Of a DNA stretch of 64,000 nt, positions 1-7,717 are shown one piece after another. Location of the stretch: positions 5,873 to 69,872 of the IMG/VR virus record IMGVR_UViG_3300018427_002120. One strand, 5' to 3'. Numbering within the stretch: position 1 is the stretch's first letter; each line of letters begins with the position of its first letter. The notes under the pieces were generated by a model. The model did not search any database. It worked only from the letters and a program-made list of their open reading frames with translations, and was not told where the DNA came from. This stretch comes from a virus. Taxonomy: Duplodnaviria > Caudoviricetes. A program made the translations under genes and the position numbers.

Positions 1-10
1 TACGCATGCA

Positions 11-976
11 GTGAATTGTAATTTGGCACGATACAATAATCAGAACGAAAATTCTCCTGTATTTGATAAGTTCTTGCACGATATTACAGGAGGAGACACT
101 ACATTGCAGGAACGCATTTGGCAGGTTTTTGGGTATTGCTTGACTTCTGATAGAAATGCAAAGGCATATTTCCTGTTTCAAGGTGTTCCGGACTCCGGTA
201 AAAGTATTTTGTGTAACTTATTGGGTGATTTCTATCCGGAGGATAAGGTTTCAGGACTTAATGTACATGCATTGAAGGGAGAATTTGCAATGGGAAATCT
301 CGATTCTGTAGCACTGTGTCTGTCTCCCGACCTGCCTCCTGAGCCCCTGGACACGAAGTCTACCAGTTGTGTTAAGCAGGCAACCGGTAATGATAAGATT
401 TCTGCTGCGGTAAAGCATAAAGGAAACAAGCAGTTCCGTTTCGAAGGTAAATTTATTCTTACCACGAATTATCCTCTGGTAACGGAGGAACCTGATGATG
501 CCTTTATGAGACGTGCGGTGGTCATTCCGTTTTTCTATACGGTTCCTCAAGAAGCAAAGGACGAAGATTTGCTGGATCGTTTAAAGGAAGAGAAGCCTGC
601 TATTGCGTCTAAAGCTTTGGATGCTTATTTCAGACTGCGGGATAATCACTATCATTTTGCAGGAGACTATGCAGTGAATTCGTCTCTTTTGTATCCCGAC
701 GATCTTCTGGGAGGCTCTGAGATTACACCTCTGGTGTACAATTTTTTAATGAGTTATTTTGAGAGAGATCCTGGCGGTCAAGTAGCGATTGGAAATGCCT
801 ACGAAATATTTTCTAACGATATTTCCAACCATTTTACAGAGAAGATGTTTTCTGCATCTTTCCAGCGAATGGCTGAGGAAATCTATGGGGCCAATAAAAT
901 CCGTTCTTATCACGATGGAAAATATAAAAATGCGCGCAGTACCATTGAAGGTATCCGCTTTAAGCATATGAAATAA
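11..976 (+). CDS. P4/D5-family SF3 primase-helicase, C-terminal part (5' truncated by window)
   Basis: Walker A GVPDSGKS, motif C FILTTNYP, AFMRRAVVIPF; frame open to window start. Confidence 0.85.
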   Translation: MNCNLARYNNQNENSPVFDKFLHDITGGDTTLQERIWQVFGYCLTSDRNAKAYFLFQGVPDSGKSILCNLLGDFYPEDKVSGLNVHALKGEFAMGNLDSVALCLSPDLPPEPLDTKSTSCVKQATGNDKISAAVKHKGNKQFRFEGKFILTTNYPLVTEEPDDAFMRRAVVIPFFYTVPQEAKDEDLLDRLKEEKPAIASKALDAYFRLRDNHYHFAGDYAVNSSLLYPDDLLGGSEITPLVYNFLMSYFERDPGGQVAIGNAYEIFSNDISNHFTEKMFSASFQRMAEEIYGANKIRSYHDGKYKNARSTIEGIRFKHMK

Positions 977-990
977 AAGAATGCAAACAA

Positions 991-1016
991 GGCATCTTCC
1001 ATATTTGGAAGATGCC
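991..1016. terminator. Intrinsic terminator, probably bidirectional
   Basis: GGCATCTTCCA-tatt-TGGAAGATGCC, flanked by AAACAA and TGTTT, 14 nt after the helicase stop. Confidence 0.75.
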
Positions 1017-1338
1017 TGTTTGGATAGAGCATTTTTACAACTACTAATACCGTAGGGATTTTCAAAAACCGATGTAAAGGATAATTTTGAAAATCTTAGA
1101 TATAGTGAGTTATTACAATGGGTAGGTCTACAGTGATTTTTATTGTATCCTTTTTGATGGGAATATCCAATTGAAAATGATTTTTGCTTTACCCATTGTG
1201 CTCTATCTACCTCATAATGATAATGTGAAGGTGAAATATATTAGTATATATTGATATGTTATGATATTAATTATATATTTTGTAAAAATGAACATTATCG
1301 AGCATTCAATTCTACCCAAACGATTTTTTGATTTGCCT

Positions 1339-1647
1339 TCAGGTTAGACTGGATAAAACAAATAGTATCAAGGGATAATTATCAAGATGTGTGGGAGTGA
1401 ACTGTGTTACAATCAGAGGATACTGTGAATCAGGTAGTTTGCGGTGGGCCTGTTGAGTATATTCGTTTGAAAGAATACCTGCAGGATTGCAGATGCCTGT
1501 TTCCTGACGGATGGCATAATCATAAGTAACCTCCAGAAGGTGGTTCGTGCCGGCTATAATACACAAAGGAGCCATAGGCTGTTCGAGAAGCTTTCTATAC
1601 TTTGGTTCAGGAGCATATTCGATACTTGTATGAGAAGCTTTATACAT
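1339..1647 (-). pseudogene. Decayed partial paralog of the 1760-2437 integrase-like gene
   Basis: IIAGTNHLLEVTYDYAIRQETGICNPAGILSNEYTQQAHRKLPDSQYPLI aligns with LIAGMNRLLEVALDSVLHRGLLKDNPAADLSREYVEKTHRELPYKQFPII; shared DNA aacctccagaag. Confidence 0.6.
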
Positions 1648-1759
1648 TAGAACAGGGGCAGCCGTGAACCATATTGTGGCTCACGGCTAGATTTGTTAAT
1701 TCAAGGAAGCAGATTCAGCGTGAAATGTACTTTTGATTGCTGTGATATACTATTTCGAT

Positions 1760-2437
1760 TCATGTATCCAGCTTCATCATGAAGACTCTCTCCCCAGGCA
1801 TTAGAGGATGATCTTTGAGAGAGGGGTCGGCATCGAACCGTGGTTTTACTTCCAACTCGTCGATTAGAAAACACCGTACCAGGTTAATTCCGTCGATCAT
1901 GTCGGATCCAAGATAATGGATATTGTGAAAGAAGGGAGCATAAACATCGTAATGGGGAATTTTTTTACAGCAGTCGTCTAGCTCTTCTGGATGCATCTGT
2001 CTTGCGATAATCGGAAATTGCTTGTAAGGAAGCTCACGGTGAGTTTTTTCGACGTATTCTCTGGAGAGATCTGCTGCGGGATTGTCTTTGAGCAGGCCAC
2101 GATGTAAGACGGAGTCTAAAGCAACCTCCAGAAGTCTGTTCATACCGGCAATCAGTTTCATAGGTACCTTAAACCATTCATAAATATATTTGTAACAGCC
2201 TTTGAGTTTTTCGACGCTGAGATCCTTCAGTTCCACATTTCCGATAATGGGCATCAAATATCGGATTACATCGTCAGTGAATGCATCGTAGGACGGTCCG
2301 GTGATATGGCATTGTCGGTGGTGTGTGACGTAGTCAGTGAAGAAGGTGTTCAACGGCATCAGAGCGAATTCTTGAGGGGTTACGTTGGTCACATTGGGGT
2401 TCTTTTGCTGTTTGGAGTTTTCGTTCATTTTGGACAT
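1760..2437 (-). CDS. Tyrosine-integrase-like core-binding (SAM-like) domain protein lacking the catalytic domain
   Basis: AGGAGG RBS before ATG 2437; YLMPIIGNVELKDLS and ALDSVLHRGLLKDNPA match integrase CB patterns; catalytic G-x-R position reads GSD; no HxxR/Y motifs. Confidence 0.6.
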   Translation of the reverse strand: MSKMNENSKQQKNPNVTNVTPQEFALMPLNTFFTDYVTHHRQCHITGPSYDAFTDDVIRYLMPIIGNVELKDLSVEKLKGCYKYIYEWFKVPMKLIAGMNRLLEVALDSVLHRGLLKDNPAADLSREYVEKTHRELPYKQFPIIARQMHPEELDDCCKKIPHYDVYAPFFHNIHYLGSDMIDGINLVRCFLIDELEVKPRFDADPSLKDHPLMPGERVFMMKLDT

Positions 2438-2760
2438 AGTAGGTCCTCCTTTTATTTTTAAGAAGTGAAAACAGCTTCTCTTTATTACATTGTTCACGGG
2501 AGAGTAAAAAGCGACTAAATCGTGGGAAATGTGTTTTAATAAAGAACTGAAATTGATGCAAATATTATTGCAATAATCTGAGACGCAATTTGCAGCATGA
2601 GCACATATACTCAATTACCTTGTACTTATCAGACATATTAAGCGAGAAGAGACACCTATGTCAAAATAGCACGATATCAATTGTATATTATCTTCATAGA
2701 AACAACCGCATGGAGCTGTTATGCCCCATGCGGAATTTTTATTTTATGGAGGTAATTCCC

Positions 2761-3861
2761 TTGAAAGAAATGAGATCCTGCAGTGTCTGCGGCAGCCTGC
2801 ATCCGGTGGAGGACTTGACGGAATTTGATGACAGCTATCTTTGCTCTTCCTGTCTGCACACAGAAACCATTTGTTGTCAGCGGTGTGGTGAGCGTCTCTG
2901 GGCAGACAGTAACGCTGGTGATGATGCTACCCATCTTTGTCAGCGCTGCTATGACCGCTATTACACTTCCTGCGAAGACTGTGGCCGTGTCATTTTGACC
3001 GATGATGCTTATTACGTGGATGATGACAGTTACGAAGCCAGATGCTATTCCTGCCATTGCCGCTACGATGACAGCCAAGTAATCCATGACTATTATTACA
3101 AACCGGAACCTGACTTCCTGGGTCAGGGCAGCCGTTGGTTTGGTGTTGAACTGGAAATTGATGATGCGGGAGAACGCAACAGCAATGCTGCGAAGATTGT
3201 GAGTGTAGCTAACCAAGGAGGCGAACACATCTACTGCAAGCATGACGGTTCTCTCAGTGACGGATTTGAAATTGTTACTCATCCCATGACCATCGACTAC
3301 CATATGAACAACATGCCCTGGTCTGCAGTTCTGAATCAGGCAAAGGAAATGGGTTATCTCAGCCACCAGGCCGGAACCTGTGGCCTGCACATCCACATCA
3401 ACCGCAGTGCTTTCGGAAAAACTGAAGCTGAACAGGATGAAGTAATCGCCAGAATCTTATATTTCTTTGAGAAAAACTGGGAGGAACTGCTGAAATTCAG
3501 CCGCCGTACCCATAAGCAGCTGAAACAGTGGGCAGCCAGATATGGTTTAAAGGAGCACCCTAAGGACATTCTGAAGTGTGCTAAGGGTGATCGGGAACGG
3601 TATACCTGCATAAACCTCACTAACTACCATACCATTGAATTCAGAATTTTCCGAGGTACATTGAAACTGAATACGCTTTTAGCCACGCTGCAGCTCATTG
3701 ACAGGATCTGCGACGTGGCTCTTTATCTTTCTGACGAGGAAATCAAGGATATGTCCTGGTCCACTTTCGTAGCCGGCTGTACGCAGCCCGAGCTTGTTCA
3801 GTATTTGAAGGAGCGCAGACTGTACGTAAATGATCCAGTTGTTGCCGAAGCGGAGGTGTAA
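2761..3861 (+). CDS. Putative amidoligase (COOH-NH2 ligase, GCS2-like fold) with N-terminal CxxC zinc ribbons
   Basis: GGAGGT RBS + TTG; six CxxC motifs; FGVELEID, HDGSL, GFEIVTHP, CGLHIHI, RYTCINL, TIEFRIFRGT. Confidence 0.85.
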   Translation: MKEMRSCSVCGSLHPVEDLTEFDDSYLCSSCLHTETICCQRCGERLWADSNAGDDATHLCQRCYDRYYTSCEDCGRVILTDDAYYVDDDSYEARCYSCHCRYDDSQVIHDYYYKPEPDFLGQGSRWFGVELEIDDAGERNSNAAKIVSVANQGGEHIYCKHDGSLSDGFEIVTHPMTIDYHMNNMPWSAVLNQAKEMGYLSHQAGTCGLHIHINRSAFGKTEAEQDEVIARILYFFEKNWEELLKFSRRTHKQLKQWAARYGLKEHPKDILKCAKGDRERYTCINLTNYHTIEFRIFRGTLKLNTLLATLQLIDRICDVALYLSDEEIKDMSWSTFVAGCTQPELVQYLKERRLYVNDPVVAEAEV

Positions 3862-3863
3862 GT

Positions 3864-4787
3864 ATGTGCTGCCTGTTTGGTTTTCATGATTATGGTCACA
3901 AGCTCTCCCGAAAGCAGAGGCACCGGTTGCTGACAATTTTGTCGGCCTCCTGTGAAGAACGCGGCACGGATGCCACTGGTATTTCCTACAATTTTGAGGG
4001 AAAGCAGTATATCTATAAGCGCCCTCTGCCTGCCCATCTGATGTGGTATCGTGTGCCTCTAAGCGCAACTGCGGTTATGGGTCACACCCGAATGACCACC
4101 CAGGGTTCTGCACTGAAAAATGAGAACAACCATCCCTTCCACGGCTGGGCTGGCAATACACGCTTTGCTCTGGCCCACAACGGCATCATTTACAATGACG
4201 AACGGCTCCAGAAGAAACTGAATCTGCCCAAGAGTAGAATCGAGACAGACAGCTATGTGGCGGTACAGTTGCTGGAGCGATTCGATTCCATAGACTTCCG
4301 CGGATTACAGTTTATGGCAGAACAACTGGAAGGATCCTTCACTATTACGGCTCTGACCGAAAGGGACGAGCTGTATTTTGTGAAAGGAAACAACCCCATG
4401 TGTATTTATCACTACCCTGACGCGGGCATCTATGTATATGCCAGTACGGAGGAAATTCTGAAAAAGGCCATGCTGAAAGCATTGCTGCCTTTAGGAAAAG
4501 CAGAAAAGGTACATATGGTCAGCGGAGAAATGCTTCGGATCGATGCCAGAGGCAAAATCACCCGCAGCCAGTTTGATGACAGCAACATCTATCCCGGCTT
4601 TTCCACTGATTGGCATTACTGGGCCAACTACGATCCGGTGAGACGGCCATATGCAGATGATTCCAGCTATCTGGATGATTTGAAAGCAATTGCGGTCTTC
4701 TATGGCCTGTATCCAGAAGATATTGATGCTCTGCTTGAGGATGGCATGGATCCGATGGAGATTGAAGAGATGCTGTATTGTGGATAG
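3864..4787 (+). CDS. Class II (Ntn) glutamine amidotransferase
   Basis: N-terminal MCC nucleophile, RGTDATG, GHTRMTT, NNHPF, AHNGII, ETDSYV; starts 2 nt after the amidoligase stop. Confidence 0.9.
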   Translation: MCCLFGFHDYGHKLSRKQRHRLLTILSASCEERGTDATGISYNFEGKQYIYKRPLPAHLMWYRVPLSATAVMGHTRMTTQGSALKNENNHPFHGWAGNTRFALAHNGIIYNDERLQKKLNLPKSRIETDSYVAVQLLERFDSIDFRGLQFMAEQLEGSFTITALTERDELYFVKGNNPMCIYHYPDAGIYVYASTEEILKKAMLKALLPLGKAEKVHMVSGEMLRIDARGKITRSQFDDSNIYPGFSTDWHYWANYDPVRRPYADDSSYLDDLKAIAVFYGLYPEDIDALLEDGMDPMEIEEMLYCG

Positions 4788-4806
4788 AACTGTACCAATA
4801 GGGTAA

Positions 4807-4909
4807 ACCCATGTGAGAGGCCCCAAAAGTCTATCACATGGGTCGATTTTTGCGTTATGGGATATACCGTTCCGCTAGGGTACTTGTGAAAGTGGTATAT
4901 ATCCCATAA
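4807..4909. promoter_or_regulatory. Paired inverted repeats upstream of resolvase (res-like site)
   Basis: ACCCATGTGA 4807-4816 / TCACATGGGT 4834-4843; TTATGGGATATA 4855-4866 / TATATCCCATAA 4898-4909. Confidence 0.55.
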
Positions 4910-4998
4910 TAGAAAACCAATTTATACAGAACGGTTTGAAAGCCATTTTGACCGTACCGTATGAGTTTACTCTAAAAGAACGGTGGAGGTGGATTTTT

Positions 4999-5553
4999 AC
5001 GAAAGTAGGCTACGTAAGAGTCAGCAGTTTGACCCAGAATACGGCCAGACAGGAAGTGCTGATGCAGGAGCTGGGCGTAGAGCGAGTCTTTATTGATAGG
5101 CAGAGTGGTAAGGATACCAGCCGGCCGGAACTGAAAAGGATGATGGATTTCGTCAGAGAAGGCGATGTGGTGATCGTGGAGAGTATTTCTCGGTTTGCCA
5201 GAAATACAAGAGACCTGCTGGAGCTGGTTGAACAGCTGACGGAGAAGAAAGTGGAGTTCATCAGCAAGAAGGAGGCCCTGGACACCTCCACCCCCAGCGG
5301 CAGATTTGTACTCACGATTTTCGGAGCTGTGGCACAGCTAGAGCGGGAGTACTTACTCCAGCGCCAGAAAGAAGGGATTGCCATTGCAAAACAGGAGGGG
5401 AAGTACAAAGGCCGTAAGCCTGTAGAACGTCCGGAACTGGGCGTTGTAATTGCATCCTGGCAGAACGGAGAGATTACCGCTGTTGAAGCTATGCGCCGAT
5501 TGAAGATATCCAAAACAACCTTCTACCGAATCGTTCGGCAGAAAAAACTATAG
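4999..5553 (+). CDS. Small serine recombinase (resolvase/invertase) with C-terminal HTH; apparent ACG start
   Basis: KVGYVRVSS catalytic motif, RPELKRM, VESISRFARN, LERE...RQKEG, HTH ISKTTFYR; GGAGGT RBS 8 nt before ACG. Confidence 0.9.
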   Translation, partial: TKVGYVRVSSLTQNTARQEVLMQELGVERVFIDRQSGKDTSRPELKRMMDFVREGDVVIVESISRFARNTRDLLELVEQLTEKKVEFISKKEALDTSTPSGRFVLTIFGAVAQLEREYLLQRQKEGIAIAKQEGKYKGRKPVERPELGVVIASWQNGEITAVEAMRRLKISKTTFYRIVRQKKL

Positions 5554-5569
5554 GAAGGAAGTGAAAAGT

Positions 5570-5668
5570 ATGACGGAACTGATGTGGTTCACCCTAGGCT
5601 TTGTGACGACCCTGGCAATCATCACCATTGCAGATACCGCTGTCCGCTGCAGCGCTGCTGCAAAATGA
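5570..5668 (+). CDS. 32-aa hydrophobic micro-protein
   Basis: RBS GGAAGGAAG; MTELMWFTLGFVTTLAIITIADTAVRCSAAAK; ATGA overlap with the next ORF. Confidence 0.45.
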   Translation: MTELMWFTLGFVTTLAIITIADTAVRCSAAAK

Positions 5669-5766
5669 TTACAGCACTCACAGCCGTATTGCTGGAAGCC
5701 TTTACCCAAGGAGCAGCACTGGCTGTGAGTGTCTACCTTTTGTGGAAGCAAAAAGATCAGGAATAG
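5665..5766 (+). CDS. 33-aa hydrophobic micro-protein with basic tail
   Basis: MITALTAVLLEAFTQGAALAVSVYLLWKQKDQE; translationally coupled to the previous ORF. Confidence 0.45.
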   Translation: MITALTAVLLEAFTQGAALAVSVYLLWKQKDQE

Positions 5767-5779
5767 GAGAGGTCTGCGA

Positions 5780-6073
5780 ATGGAAAAGCTAATAGAAGTA
5801 TTACAGCAGTATTTCGCGCAGAATCCTCCTGCTTATGGAGATGCAGAATCTGTGTTGGATATGCTGTTTTGGCATTACACGGAGTATAATCAGATTGACA
5901 ATGAGAAAATCAAAACGCAATTTGCAAAGCTGAGAGACTACTTGAGCCTCCCACCTGAGGAATATGACGAAGTGTTTTACATAGTTGGCGATCTCTGCAT
6001 AGAACATAGCCGATTGGCATTTCGGGAGGGTATGCGACTGGTATTGGCGCTGCTGCAGGAGTTGAAATGCTGA
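5780..6073 (+). CDS. Small alpha-helical hypothetical protein (possibly DUF6809-like)
   Basis: AGGAGAGG RBS; C-terminal AFREGMRL resembles the F-x-x-G-x-R-L ending of the 49416 ORF. Confidence 0.6.
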   Translation: MEKLIEVLQQYFAQNPPAYGDAESVLDMLFWHYTEYNQIDNEKIKTQFAKLRDYLSLPPEEYDEVFYIVGDLCIEHSRLAFREGMRLVLALLQELKC

Positions 6074-6080
6074 TGACATG

Positions 6081-6110
6081 AATAAAACGGAGTGTGAACT
6101 CCGTTTTATT
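6081..6110. terminator. Intrinsic terminator
   Basis: AATAAAACGGAG-tgtgaa-CTCCGTTTTATT followed by T run. Confidence 0.8.
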
Positions 6111-6149
6111 TTTTGTATGGGGAGATATTGATTTGGAAAGGTGAACATA

Positions 6150-6809
6150 ATGGAACTGGGAAAAGCGGAAATCGTAAGAGGTTGGAATGGAAAAATACAG
6201 AATGTATATCGCCGGGAAGTGCTGTATCAGGAAGTCTGGAATCATCCAATTACAGAAGTAGCGAAGAAATATGCGGTTTCGGATGGCACCATCCATAAGG
6301 TATGCAGGTCCATGGAAATACCAACACCACCGGTGGGATATTGGGCCAAAAAGCAGGCAGGTCAAGCGGTCACGGTTTCACCGTTACCACCGACAAGTGG
6401 CGGCACGATGAAACTTGGCCTTCGGACAAAGGATCAAACCTCGCTGCCAATAGGGAAGGGACAGTTTGTGGCCAGTGTTGGTGTGATCACTAATACAGAG
6501 GAAGCGGATGCTGCTCTTCAAAAGCAGGAAGAGGAACGACGCGCCATGGAAGAGAGGAAAAAACGCTACAATGCAGAGGTGGCGAGAACCAAAGCCCTGT
6601 TGAATCAAGCAGAGGACTATGATACTGCCTGTAAAATCCGAGCCATGGTGGCGGCAGCAGAGGAAAGGGGCAATGCCAGTGCAGAATGGATTGCCTGGGC
6701 AAAAGCAAAAGCGGATTGGTATGATCCAATAGTTGCAGTGAAGGATGCCGCTTTTGGTAGGCGGAATCATATGGAGAGTGCTGAAAGGAAGGAATTACGG
6801 GAAAAATAG
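6150..6809 (+). CDS. Hypothetical protein with HTH-like N-terminus and coiled coil
   Basis: LYQEVWNHPITEVAKKYAVSDGTIHKVC...PPVGYWAK; RBS GAAAGGTG. Confidence 0.7.
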   Translation: MELGKAEIVRGWNGKIQNVYRREVLYQEVWNHPITEVAKKYAVSDGTIHKVCRSMEIPTPPVGYWAKKQAGQAVTVSPLPPTSGGTMKLGLRTKDQTSLPIGKGQFVASVGVITNTEEADAALQKQEEERRAMEERKKRYNAEVARTKALLNQAEDYDTACKIRAMVAAAEERGNASAEWIAWAKAKADWYDPIVAVKDAAFGRRNHMESAERKELREK

Positions 6810-6840
6810 AGGCAGAAAATTCTGGAGACATCACTATTAC

Positions 6841-6885
6841 AAAAACTCCGTGCTAATAACAATTGGTTAGTAGCACGGAGTTTTT
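6841..6885. terminator. Bidirectional terminator between convergent genes
   Basis: AAAAACTCCGTGCTA / TAGCACGGAGTTTTT. Confidence 0.8.
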
Positions 6886-6898
6886 TGAGTTCAGAGTG

Positions 6899-7690
6899 TT
6901 ATAGTTCTAATTTTATCTCGTACCGTAGTGACTTTGATAAATCTGTCAAAATGAATAATTCTTGTTTGTTTTCTTTGCTCCACCCTTTTTGAGGTGCTAG
7001 ACGATTAAAATATATTACTCCGTGTCCATGTGTTCCACTTAGGTATTCTTCGTGAATTTCGGGAGGGGGTGCTTTGCCAATACAACCTTCGATATGATAA
7101 TCGATTGCTCTCAGTTTTTCGGGTCGGAAGATATAGTGACTTTTGTAGTCCATTAAAATATCTTGGGCATCTGCAATAACGGATCTATAATCACCTTCAT
7201 ATAAAAGATATGCCAATTCTACAACTGCAGGAGGTTCGAATCCTTCCAATTGTAATGTGGCAGGGTAATTAAACGATATGGTTATTTGGAAGAGTTTTGT
7301 GTCGAAATCCCTGGATATAGTCAATGCGATGAATCGTTTGTCCTTATTTTCTTTGTCAAAAGTCATACCCTTGGCTTTATTATATGCCTCAGCGAGGAAG
7401 TAGAGGTTATCAATACAACAGTTGTGACTTTCGTTATCCATATGGTCAATAACAAAGCCTTTTTCCTTCATTTCATTGCAGATCTCTTCTCCGTACCACT
7501 TTTTCATCACATACGAGTGCAATGTCCCCAATCTAGCATTATGTGGATAACGATTCTTTTGTAATCCCCAGGTTGCGCTTTTTATTTCATCGACGTAATC
7601 GTCACGTATCGTTGCCTGAGCAATAAAATTCCACTCTGGACGGGATATATAGATGGTGTTGTCAATAACGGAAAACTTATTTTTGCTCAT
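6899..7690 (-). CDS. HNH endonuclease domain protein
   Basis: FVIDHMDNESHNCCIDNL...YNKAK HNH_3-like motif; AGGAGA RBS. Confidence 0.7.
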   Translation of the reverse strand: MSKNKFSVIDNTIYISRPEWNFIAQATIRDDYVDEIKSATWGLQKNRYPHNARLGTLHSYVMKKWYGEEICNEMKEKGFVIDHMDNESHNCCIDNLYFLAEAYNKAKGMTFDKENKDKRFIALTISRDFDTKLFQITISFNYPATLQLEGFEPPAVVELAYLLYEGDYRSVIADAQDILMDYKSHYIFRPEKLRAIDYHIEGCIGKAPPPEIHEEYLSGTHGHGVIYFNRLAPQKGWSKENKQELFILTDLSKSLRYEIKLEL

Positions 7691-7717
7691 GTTTTTCTCC
7701 TGTCTTTACCTGCGTTA

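Noticed and set aside
2590-2760. N-terminal extensions given by the ORF track (2590, 4936, 32704, 53201 and others)
   Set aside because: No RBS at those starts; strong RBSs and family N-termini point to the downstream starts reported
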